A DNA stretch of 64,000 bases. Origin: Candidatus Dojkabacteria bacterium. GTDB lineage: Bacteria > Patescibacteriota > Dojkabacteria > B142 > OLB20. The translations under genes and the position numbers were made by a program. The DNA lies in assembly GCA_046753765.1 (NCBI GenBank), contig JBHHUN010000001.1, forward strand, positions 12,141 to 76,140, written 5' to 3'. Shown in pieces: positions 9,701 to 18,303 of the stretch; position 1 is the first letter of the stretch, and every line of letters starts with the position of its first letter. The notes below the pieces were generated by a model, which was given only the letters and a program-made list of their open reading frames with translations, searched no databases and had not been told where the DNA came from.

Positions 9701-11200
9701 ATGCCACAGGTTCTGTACCGCAAGTATAGATCACAGGATTTCTCGGAAGTTTACGGACAACAACAGGTTGTCAAGGTACTTAGGCAGGCTGTCAAAGACA
9801 GTTCTGTTGCACACGCGTACCTTTTTACCGGACCAAGGGGGACGGGGAAGACAAGCCTGGCTCGTATCCTTGCGAAAGCTGTAAACTGTCTTAGCTCCAA
9901 GAAGGGTGAACCCTGCAACAAGTGTGATAACTGCAATGCTATCAACGATAGCAGATTTTTGGACCTCGTAGAGATTGACGCAGCATCCAACAGGGGTATC
10001 GATGAGATTCGTGAGCTAAAAGAAAGGGTTGAATTCCTCCCGGCGGAAGGCAAGTTTAAGGTATACATCATAGATGAGGTGCATATGTTGACTCCTGAGG
10101 CATTCAACGCTCTCCTCAAGACATTGGAGGAGCCACCTGCAAAGGTTGTTTTTATTTTGGCAACAACAGAGGTACACAAGCTTCCCCTGACAATTATCTC
10201 ACGTACACAGAGGTTCGATTTCAGGCTGGCTAGTGATAATGACCTCAAATTAAAGCTTGAGAGGGTTCTTAAAGCTGAAAAGATTAAGTTTGAGGGGTCT
10301 GCGCTTGATCTGGTGATAGAGGCTGGACAGGGTAGCTTCAGGGACGCCGAGACCATTCTTGAGAAGGTTATTGCCAGCTACGGTTACCAAAAAGATGCAG
10401 AGATCAATAGGGATGACGTTGAGAAGGTGCTGGGTTATGCTGACACTCAACTTGTTAAGAAGATCTATGATGCTGTAATGGAGGGCAAGAGTAGCGTCAG
10501 TCTTAAACTTTTTCAAGAAGCTGAAAAGGGCGGTATTAATTTTGCGCAGCTTATTAGACAGCTGCTTGAGCTTGCCCGTCAAGACCTGCTAAGCAACATC
10601 AATGAAGGTGAGTCCGAATACGATCTAAAGAGGATTACAGCATTTATTAGTGAATTCTCTCAGGCAGCCTCCGAGCTGAAGTTTGCTCTTATCCCGGTAC
10701 TACCTTTAGAGGTAGCTGCAGTGAAGCTATCGGCGGAGCCTCACTCCGGTGGTGGGAGTGTGCCTATGCAACAGGGGCCTTCTCAACCTCCAAAAGCAGC
10801 AGAGACAAATGAATCGACTCTAAAATCTACTACAAAGAAGAAGAATAGACCGAATTCGTCAGGCAGTATTGTTGATATGGAGGAGTTGAGATCGAAATGG
10901 CGCGAGGTAATGAAGGGGGCCAAGAGTTTCAACCATCAGATGGTGAGTTTTTTGACAACTGCGATGGTGTCAGGGATAGAAGATAACGTGATCTATCTGC
11001 AGGTGCCGTTCGAATTTCACAAAAAGAGGCTCGAAGCTAAACGCAGTCAGGACGCTATGAAAGAGATAACAATGGGAATCTTTGGCGTTGAACTCGCAAT
11101 GCAGTGTAAAGTAGATAAGAAGCTGAACAAGCGAAAAGTCAAGAAGGGGAATGATTCAAACAGCGATTTAGTTGAATCGGTGTTTTCTGATATGATCTAG
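9701..11200 (+). CDS. dnaX: DNA polymerase III subunit gamma/tau
   Basis: AAA+ Walker A (GPRGTGKTS). Zinc module (CNKCDNCNAI). Box VII (SFRDAE). Followed by ybaB-recR. Confidence 0.85.
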   Translation: MPQVLYRKYRSQDFSEVYGQQQVVKVLRQAVKDSSVAHAYLFTGPRGTGKTSLARILAKAVNCLSSKKGEPCNKCDNCNAINDSRFLDLVEIDAASNRGIDEIRELKERVEFLPAEGKFKVYIIDEVHMLTPEAFNALLKTLEEPPAKVVFILATTEVHKLPLTIISRTQRFDFRLASDNDLKLKLERVLKAEKIKFEGSALDLVIEAGQGSFRDAETILEKVIASYGYQKDAEINRDDVEKVLGYADTQLVKKIYDAVMEGKSSVSLKLFQEAEKGGINFAQLIRQLLELARQDLLSNINEGESEYDLKRITAFISEFSQAASELKFALIPVLPLEVAAVKLSAEPHSGGGSVPMQQGPSQPPKAAETNESTLKSTTKKKNRPNSSGSIVDMEELRSKWREVMKGAKSFNHQMVSFLTTAMVSGIEDNVIYLQVPFEFHKKRLEAKRSQDAMKEITMGIFGVELAMQCKVDKKLNKRKVKKGNDSNSDLVESVFSDMI

Positions 11201-11245
11201 GTAGTTTGAAACTCAAGTATCAATTTAATTATTAGATGAATAACA

Positions 11246-11551
11246 ATGGCAGGTGCATTTAATCAGATGAAAGACCTCTACAAGATGCAAAAAGAAGCGC
11301 GTCAGATGCAAAAAAAGATGAAGAAGGTTAGAGTTACTGGCATGTCAGACGATGAGCTGGTCCATGTCACTATTAATGGTACACAGGAGCTTGAGGAGGT
11401 TGAGGTTGATGATCAGCTACTTGATATCCATCGCAAAAAAGATCTTCTTCGCGGCTTTAAGCAGGCAATGAAAGACTCTCAGAAGCGGTTGCAGAAGGAG
11501 ATGATGAAAGATATGGATATGGACAAGCTCAAAGGCATGCTCGGAGGGTAA
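11246..11551 (+). CDS. ybaB: Nucleoid-associated protein YbaB/EbfC
   Basis: 101 aa. YbaB signature (MKDLYKMQKEARQMQKKM...GMSDDELVHVTINGTQEL). Conserved dnaX-ybaB-recR synteny. Confidence 0.8.
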   Translation: MAGAFNQMKDLYKMQKEARQMQKKMKKVRVTGMSDDELVHVTINGTQELEEVEVDDQLLDIHRKKDLLRGFKQAMKDSQKRLQKEMMKDMDMDKLKGMLGG

Positions 11552-11554
11552 AAG

Positions 11555-12163
11555 ATGTCCAAACTACCGTCTTCGGTACAAAAACTGATCGAACATTTTG
11601 GTCGATTTCCGGGTGTTGGTCCCAAGTCAGCTGCAAGGATGGTCTTCTACTTATTAAACTCCCCGACAGATAGAACAGACGAGCTGGTTGGAGCGATTGA
11701 TGAGATGAAGTCTAGTATTGGGTTTTGTGAAATCTGCAACAATCTGGCAGAAAACGATGCTCACTGTTTGATCTGTTCCGATACCGAGCGTAGAGCTAAC
11801 CAATTGATGGTCGTTGAGGATGTTCTTGACCTTATCGCATTTGAAAGAACAGGTGATTACCTTGGTAAGTACCACGTCCTGGGCGGTGTAATATCACCGG
11901 TTCTTGGCATAGGTCCGGAGGACATCAACCTTACAGGTCTTTCCAAGAGGATTAATCTGCACAAGGGTGAGCTTGAGTTGATAATAGCAACGAATCCGAA
12001 TTTAGAGGGTGAGGCTACTGGTATGTATATAAAGGAAGAGCACAAAGACAAGGATGGAATCACTATAACCAGGATCGCCCGGGGTGTTCCGACAGGTGCC
12101 GACCTCGACTATGCTGATCGATTAACTCTCAAAAGAGCTCTTTCTGGGCGCACCTCACTTTAG
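11555..12163 (+). CDS. recR: Recombination protein RecR
   Basis: HhH (FPGVGPKSAARM). C4 zinc finger (CEICNNLAENDAHCLIC). Toprim (VVEDVLDLIAFERTG). Confidence 0.9.
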   Translation: MSKLPSSVQKLIEHFGRFPGVGPKSAARMVFYLLNSPTDRTDELVGAIDEMKSSIGFCEICNNLAENDAHCLICSDTERRANQLMVVEDVLDLIAFERTGDYLGKYHVLGGVISPVLGIGPEDINLTGLSKRINLHKGELELIIATNPNLEGEATGMYIKEEHKDKDGITITRIARGVPTGADLDYADRLTLKRALSGRTSL

Positions 12164-12317
12164 ACTCACGTGACAAGTATTCCCCCCATAGACGAAATGG
12201 GTATTATCCTGTAATAATACAGGTATGTAGTTTTCTGTGTTCACTAAACTCCGAGGATGTATTGTTATTTACTACACAATACTTCCAATTATATCTCTCG
12301 CGAGTTAGAATATCTGT

Positions 12318-13775
12318 ATGTTTAAATTCTACAATACGCTAAATAGAAAAAAGGAAAGTTTCACGGTGGAGCATGAGGGAAAAGTGTCAATGTACAACTG
12401 TGGGCCCACTGTATATTCCAGGCTTACAATTGGTAACTTACGAACTAATGTTTTTTCTGACTTACTTAGACGCTCATTAGAGTACGTTGGTTTCGAAGTG
12501 AAGCAGGTAATGAACATTACTGATGTTGGCCACCTGACTATGACCGATGAGCAGAAGAGAAAAAATGTTGATGCTGAGGTGACTGATACTGACGATGGTG
12601 TGGATCGCATGGAAAAGGCAGCGAAGAGAGACAATATGACAGTGTGGGAGGTCGCCAGCCACTACACAAAACTGTTCGTTGCGGATATGGATGAATTGAA
12701 CATTAAGCGACCACATGTGATGCCAAGGGCCACAGACCATATTGCCGAGCAGGTTACGATGATCAAGCAACTGATTGACAAAGGATATGCTTATGTTACG
12801 AAAACTGCGGTGTACTTTGATACCTCAAAATTCGCTGCTTACAGTCATCTTGCGGGACAAGACCTAAATGAGAAGCAGCAAGCTGTCCGCAATGATGTAG
12901 AACAAGATGAAACAAAAAGGCATCCTGCAGACTTTAGATTGTGGCAACTCAATAGGCCTGACCATGCGATGCAGTGGGATTCGCCCTGGGGGAAGGGTTT
13001 TCCTGGGTGGCACATTGAGTGTTCTGCTATGTCGCTCAGGTATCTGGGGCAACCCATAGATATTCATACGGGGGGAACAGACCATATCCCCGTGCATCAT
13101 ACAAACGAGATAGCCCAGTCAGAGGCGGCCACAGGCTCGAAATTCGTTAATTACTGGCTGCATGGAGCCTTTCTTACTGTTGATAACAAGCGCATGGGGA
13201 AAAGTCTCGGTAATGCATATACCCTTGCCGATGTTGAAGCAGAGGGTTTTGATCCACTTGACCTGAGGTATTTCTACCTGACTGCACACTACAGGCAGAT
13301 ATTAAATTTCACCTGGGAGGCGTTAGGTGCAGCAAGTGCAAGGCTCGTGAAGCTTGAAGGTGCTGTTGAGCAGTGGAGGCGTGAGAGTGGAGGCAGATCG
13401 GGGCAGATATTAAATGTATACAAAGATAAGTTCGTGGCTGCTATAAGTGATGATCTGAATATTCCAAAAGCTTTGGGAGTGGTTTCAGAGTTATTGGATG
13501 CAGATGAGAAAGCAGAAGACAGATTGGCTACATTGCTTGATTTTGATAAAGTTCTTGGGCTTGGGCTCTATAAGATCAATCTCTCAGAAGAGCAAAGAGA
13601 GGATATTGAGACTCTAGTCTCAGAAAGAAAAGATTTGCGCCATCAAAAGCAATGGAAAAAGGCCGATGCCATTCGTGACGAGTTGTTGACAAAGTATTCT
13701 GTGGAGCTTGATGATACAGATACTGGCACACAGTGGCGATGGGTACGCCCAAAAAGAAATAATAAAGAGTTATGA
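12318..13775 (+). CDS. cysS: Cysteinyl-tRNA synthetase with a non-canonical HIGH motif
   Basis: CysRS signatures are present: CGPTVY, WHIECSAMS, PVHHTNEIAQSE and a DALR-2-like C-terminus. Where HIGH is expected the sequence reads TIGN (YSRLTIGNLRT). The KMSKS position reads RMGKS. Confidence 0.8.
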   Translation: MFKFYNTLNRKKESFTVEHEGKVSMYNCGPTVYSRLTIGNLRTNVFSDLLRRSLEYVGFEVKQVMNITDVGHLTMTDEQKRKNVDAEVTDTDDGVDRMEKAAKRDNMTVWEVASHYTKLFVADMDELNIKRPHVMPRATDHIAEQVTMIKQLIDKGYAYVTKTAVYFDTSKFAAYSHLAGQDLNEKQQAVRNDVEQDETKRHPADFRLWQLNRPDHAMQWDSPWGKGFPGWHIECSAMSLRYLGQPIDIHTGGTDHIPVHHTNEIAQSEAATGSKFVNYWLHGAFLTVDNKRMGKSLGNAYTLADVEAEGFDPLDLRYFYLTAHYRQILNFTWEALGAASARLVKLEGAVEQWRRESGGRSGQILNVYKDKFVAAISDDLNIPKALGVVSELLDADEKAEDRLATLLDFDKVLGLGLYKINLSEEQREDIETLVSERKDLRHQKQWKKADAIRDELLTKYSVELDDTDTGTQWRWVRPKRNNKEL

Positions 13776-15232
13776 TGTCTATTAGTAAAATCAAGGAGGA
13801 AATTCCGGACTACGTGTACAGGGTAGCAGATAAGCTTTTAGACAGTGGCTTTGAGGCCTTTCTTGCGGGCGGTGCCGTGAAGGATTTACTCCTTGGGAGA
13901 GAGCCGAAGGATTATGACCTCGCTACAGACGCGATTCCGAGGCAGGTAGAAAAGATCTTCCCGGGTTCAGTCGCAACAAACGCTAGGTTTGGAACGGTTC
14001 TGGTCATCATGGATGATAAGCAGGGAGAACGGTTTGATGTAGAGGTAACAACGTATCGCAAAGAAGAGGAATATGTTGGAGGAAGGTGGCCTTCAAAGGT
14101 GGAGTTCACTAGTGAGATCGAGCAGGACCTTTCAAGAAGGGACTTTACTATCAACGCAATGGCCTTGAATCTGGCAAGGATTAACTCTCCTAGTGTGACT
14201 ACCGAGGAGTTGCTTATTGATCCATTTGGAGGTCAGGATGATCTCATTAAAGCTAAGCGGTTACGGGCGGTCAGGGATCCCTTAGAACGCTTTTCTGAAG
14301 ATGGACTGAGAGGATATAGAGCATGTAGATTGGCTGCTGAGCTTGGGTTTGAGATTGATTCCAATACTTTTGGAGCCATAAGCTCAACACTTCATATTGC
14401 CAGAAAGATATCTATTGAAAGGGTGCGAGATGAGCTGATCAAGCTTCTGCAGTACGCACCAAAGCCTTCGGTTGGTATCGAACTCATGCGTGAATCTGGA
14501 TTACTTGAGCTATTTTTGCCCGAACTGTTGGAGTTGAGAGGGATTGAGCAACCTGAATGGCACGTTGAAGATGTCTATAACCACAGTTTGAATACCCTTG
14601 ATATGGCTGAGGATTCTATTAAATTGGCTTCTTTACTTCATGATGTAGGGAAGGGGCGTACCAGGTCTGAGGATGAGAAGGGTGTTCACTTTTTCAGTCA
14701 TGACGTTGTGGGTGCTGAGATGACGCGAGAGATCCTCACAAGACTGAGATTTCCGAAAAGGGTTGTTGAAAAGACTGCTTCGTTGGTTCGCTGGCACATG
14801 TTTTATTATCCTTCTGCCGATTGGCGTAAAGATAATGAGGTCGATAATTCTTTGCTCAAGTCTTCCGGAGGGTGGACTGATGGTGCAATAAGAAGGTTTA
14901 TCAAAAATGTTGGTGTAGAGCTTATTGAGGACCTGTTTCGACTTAGGATAGCCGACGCAGCATCAAATCCAAAATCAGTTTTTAACCCTTTGGAAATCCA
15001 GGCCCTAGAAAACAGAATATCAGAGGTTAGGGCAAAAGAGATGGTGTTAAAAATATCTGATCTTGATATCTCGGGGGAAGACCTTAAGGGTTTGGGGATA
15101 AAGTCTGGTCCGGTGATGGGAAATATATTGAACCAATTACTGGATCGCGTTATAGATGAACCGTTCTTAAATGAGCGCGGAAAACTGCTTGATATTGTAA
15201 CTGAGTTACGTAAAGGAATTGACACTGAGTAA
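13772..15232 (+). CDS. cca: CCA-adding tRNA nucleotidyltransferase with HD domain
   Basis: Pol-beta NTase head (GGAVKDLLLGREPKDYDLAT). HD motif (LLHDVGKG). ATGA overlap with cysS. Confidence 0.8.
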   Translation: MMSISKIKEEIPDYVYRVADKLLDSGFEAFLAGGAVKDLLLGREPKDYDLATDAIPRQVEKIFPGSVATNARFGTVLVIMDDKQGERFDVEVTTYRKEEEYVGGRWPSKVEFTSEIEQDLSRRDFTINAMALNLARINSPSVTTEELLIDPFGGQDDLIKAKRLRAVRDPLERFSEDGLRGYRACRLAAELGFEIDSNTFGAISSTLHIARKISIERVRDELIKLLQYAPKPSVGIELMRESGLLELFLPELLELRGIEQPEWHVEDVYNHSLNTLDMAEDSIKLASLLHDVGKGRTRSEDEKGVHFFSHDVVGAEMTREILTRLRFPKRVVEKTASLVRWHMFYYPSADWRKDNEVDNSLLKSSGGWTDGAIRRFIKNVGVELIEDLFRLRIADAASNPKSVFNPLEIQALENRISEVRAKEMVLKISDLDISGEDLKGLGIKSGPVMGNILNQLLDRVIDEPFLNERGKLLDIVTELRKGIDTE

Positions 15233-15402
15233 ATATGTTGATTAGAGAAAGGTCTACATGAACTTCAAATGTTTGCGCAATATCAGAATCGAGAAAATCG
15301 GAAACGTATCATTAGAAATGTTACTAATATCGTTAATCTGCTGTAGGCTGGACTTTCAGCAATTGAGTATCGTTACTTTTTAAATATCATTGGGGAACAT
15401 TT

Positions 15403-16848
15403 ATGAAGATTACATTTTTAGGAGCTGCTCGGACTGTAACAGGCTCGTCGTATCTGATTGAGACTGGAAAGACTAAATTTCTCGTTGATGGTGGTATGTT
15501 TCAAGGTCGGGATGTCGAGCTGAGAAACCTTGAGCCACTTATATATGACCCCAGGAAGATCGACTTCATCATAGTCACACATGCACACATGGACCATACC
15601 GGTTTACTCCCCAGGATTGTTAAGGAGGGATTCCGTGGTGACATATATATGACGCCTCCTACAGCAGCTCTCAGCGAGATTTTACTTATTGACGCAGCTA
15701 AAATTCAAGAGAACAACGCAAAAAGTAACCAATTGAATGAAAAGTACAGTGAGGCAATGCCATATAAAGTAAATGTTGCCCTGTACACCACTCAAGATTC
15801 GGTGGATACGATTAATATGATGAAGTCAGTGGATTTCGACGTAGAAACAAAGATAGGCAACAATATCAGTTTTACCTACTTAAGGGCAGGACACATTTTA
15901 GGCGCAGCCAGTGTCAAACTAAATGTCGAAGGTAAAACATTGGTATTCTCGGGTGATCTTGGAAGAAATGAACAGTCTATTGTGAAAAAAGCAGAACTTC
16001 CTGAAAACATTCATGCTGATGTTATAGTTATGGAGTCTTTATATGGGGGCGTAGAACATCCTCTTCGGAAGAAGAGCATAAAATCACTGCTCAGAACTAT
16101 TAATACAACGCTCAACCGTGATGGTAATGTTATTATTCCATGCTTCGCGTTGCATAGAACTCAGGAGATATTAGAAATCTTGAAATATGCTTACGAAAAG
16201 GGCTCGGTGGACCAAACTGTACAAGTATTCCTTGATAGTCCCTTAGCAATTGCTGCCACGAAGATATACACACAGCATAGTGGTTACTTTAATTCCGGCA
16301 CTGATTACATCGAAAATGACCACGGATTGAGTCAGATTACTCCAAAAGTACATAAAAACGGAGGTGATCGCGGCGTTAATAGGTTTGATTTCGAACAACT
16401 TCAAATTGTCAAGCATCACAGGCAATCGCTTAAGCTTCTAAAAAGGAAAAAATCTATAATCATTGCAGGTAGTGGGATGGCTGAGGGCGGGAGGATACTA
16501 CACCATATAGCAGCAAATGCCCCCTCGCCAGATAGTTCAATCGTATTTGTTGGCTATCAAGCTGAAGGAACACTGGGCCGCAAGATAGTGGATGGTGCTA
16601 AGACGGTTAGAATTAATAAGAGGAAAAAAAGGATCAATGCAACAGTGAAGTATATTAGAGGGTTCTCAGCACACGCTGACAACAGTGACCTTTTGGAATG
16701 GCTTGGCAACATAAAAATTAGTAAGGAAGCGAAGATCTATCTCGTGCATGCTGAGCCCGAGAGAAGTGAGGATCTGAAGGACCAACTTCTTGCAACAGGA
16801 ATCAGAACGGCTATTCCAGACTGGAAGGAAACAGTGATCATCAAGTAA
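15403..16848 (+). CDS. MBL-fold / beta-CASP family ribonuclease (RNase J or CPSF-like)
   Basis: HxHxDH motif (HAHMDHTG). The beta-CASP segment includes a conserved H near the C-terminus (FSAHAD). 481 aa. Confidence 0.7.
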   Translation: MKITFLGAARTVTGSSYLIETGKTKFLVDGGMFQGRDVELRNLEPLIYDPRKIDFIIVTHAHMDHTGLLPRIVKEGFRGDIYMTPPTAALSEILLIDAAKIQENNAKSNQLNEKYSEAMPYKVNVALYTTQDSVDTINMMKSVDFDVETKIGNNISFTYLRAGHILGAASVKLNVEGKTLVFSGDLGRNEQSIVKKAELPENIHADVIVMESLYGGVEHPLRKKSIKSLLRTINTTLNRDGNVIIPCFALHRTQEILEILKYAYEKGSVDQTVQVFLDSPLAIAATKIYTQHSGYFNSGTDYIENDHGLSQITPKVHKNGGDRGVNRFDFEQLQIVKHHRQSLKLLKRKKSIIIAGSGMAEGGRILHHIAANAPSPDSSIVFVGYQAEGTLGRKIVDGAKTVRINKRKKRINATVKYIRGFSAHADNSDLLEWLGNIKISKEAKIYLVHAEPERSEDLKDQLLATGIRTAIPDWKETVIIK

Positions 16849-16979
16849 GAAAATTGAAAACGCTCTGAGTGCCGATTTAACCCCTGTGCATTATTGAAAT
16901 AGTGATTTCGTACGAGACTATTGCTACATACTTCGGAAATGAATTATGTATTCCTAAAGCAAGTGAGAGCGACATTGAG

Positions 16980-17008
16980 TTATTAAGTTCGGCGGAATAA
17001 GGTATAAT
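16980..17008 (+). promoter_or_regulatory. Sigma70-like promoter candidate upstream of ychF (TTATTA-17-TATAAT)
   Basis: -35-like TTATTA at 16980-16985, a 17 nt spacer, then TATAAT at 17003-17008, 28 nt before the ychF ATG. Confidence 0.3.
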
Positions 17009-17035
17009 AACCAGTACACTTTAATATCAATTCCA

Positions 17036-18127
17036 ATGGGACTTTCGCTTGGCATAGTAGGTATGCCGAATGTAGGCAAGTCGACTCTATTCAACTCGTT
17101 GACGAGCAATGAGATACCTGCAGAGAACTATCCTTTCTGCACAATTGATCCAAATGTTGGCGTCGTGGAGGTTGCAGACGAAAGGATTGCTAAACTCGCG
17201 AAAATCGTCAACTCGAGCAAACAAGTTAATGCGGTGATAGAATACTATGATATCGCCGGTTTGGTGAGGGGTGCCCATAGGGGTGAGGGGCTTGGCAATG
17301 AATTTCTAGGTCACATTCGGATAACAGATGCTATTGTCCATGTTTTGCGTGACTTTGTGTCTGATGATGTTGCACACGTAGAGAAACGTATTGATCCCAG
17401 AGAAGACCGAGAAATCATTGAGACTGAGTTGATTCTTAAAGATATAGCTACAATTGAAAAGAAAATTGAGTCTCTCAACCGAGAGGTCAGAAAAGATAAA
17501 AAGTTAATACCTTTCTTGGACCATCTACAGGAACTAATGTCTGCTTTGAGTGAGGGGGAATTAGCGAGAAGTGTAAACACCCACGGGGACGGCGTTATTG
17601 CGAATAGGCAGCAGTTGTTCTTATTGACTGATAAACCAGTAATCTTTGTTATTAATGGTGACTGGGAAAATATTACAACCGAGCTTGGCAGACAGTTAAG
17701 AGAAAAAATAGGAATTGAAGATGAGTATCCAGTTCTTCCGTTAAATATCAAAATTGAGGCTGAACTTGCTCAGCTTAATGATGCTGAACGTGAAGAGTTT
17801 AAGCAAGAGTTAGGCTTGAAGTACTCTGGTCTGGAGCAATTAACACGAGAAAGTTACAAGCTTCTAAATCTGATGACATTTTTCACTGCAGGTCAACAAG
17901 AGACTCGAGCATGGACGGTTAAAAATAATTCAACTGCACCCGAAGCTGCTGGTGTAATTCATACTGATTTCCAGAAAAATTTTATTGCTGCAGAGGTCTT
18001 GTCCTATAGCGATTTTGTTGAGTATGGTGGATGGTTGGGTGCGCGTGAACACGGAAAGGTTCGTTTGGAAGGCAGAGGATATGTTGTAAGAGAAGGTGAT
18101 GTAATGAATTTTAGACACGGCGCCTGA
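17036..18127 (+). CDS. ychF: Ribosome-binding ATPase YchF (Obg-family GTPase)
   Basis: G1 motif (GIVGMPNVGKSTLFNSLT). C-terminal TGS domain. 363 aa. Confidence 0.9.
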   Translation: MGLSLGIVGMPNVGKSTLFNSLTSNEIPAENYPFCTIDPNVGVVEVADERIAKLAKIVNSSKQVNAVIEYYDIAGLVRGAHRGEGLGNEFLGHIRITDAIVHVLRDFVSDDVAHVEKRIDPREDREIIETELILKDIATIEKKIESLNREVRKDKKLIPFLDHLQELMSALSEGELARSVNTHGDGVIANRQQLFLLTDKPVIFVINGDWENITTELGRQLREKIGIEDEYPVLPLNIKIEAELAQLNDAEREEFKQELGLKYSGLEQLTRESYKLLNLMTFFTAGQQETRAWTVKNNSTAPEAAGVIHTDFQKNFIAAEVLSYSDFVEYGGWLGAREHGKVRLEGRGYVVREGDVMNFRHGA

Positions 18128-18162
18128 TTTGCTAAAAAGCCTGCAAAAACACAACATTTATC

Positions 18163-18191
18163 TTGAGAGCGTAAGTGAAATTGATTAATAT
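18163..18191 (+). promoter_or_regulatory. Promoter candidate for the giant-gene locus (TTGAGA-17-TAATAT)
   Basis: TTGAGA at 18163-18168, a 17 nt spacer, then TAATAT at 18186-18191, about 112 nt upstream of the putative TTG start of giant gene 1. Confidence 0.35.
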
Positions 18192-18303
18192 GTAGTGAGG
18201 GTCGACCTCCTATTGTTTCTGTGCCTGAAAATTTTCTTTATTTTTGAAAATAAACACAGAATTGTTTGTGAATAATTTGCCAATACATGATCGGTAACTG
18301 CCC

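Noticed and set aside
9751-10356. A 201-aa ORF on the minus strand inside dnaX (also 6951-7139, 12329-12770, 14806-15225, 50606-50995 and many antisense ORFs within the giant genes).
   Set aside because: They lie entirely within and antisense to, or out of frame with, strongly supported conserved CDSs and have low-complexity Ser/Leu/Arg-rich translations. Treated as spurious.
12195-12235. Short hairpin (CCTGTA-ATAA-TACAGG) between recR and cysS as a terminator or T-box element.
   Set aside because: The stem is only 6 bp, no clear U-tract follows, and I found no T-box specifier or antiterminator features.
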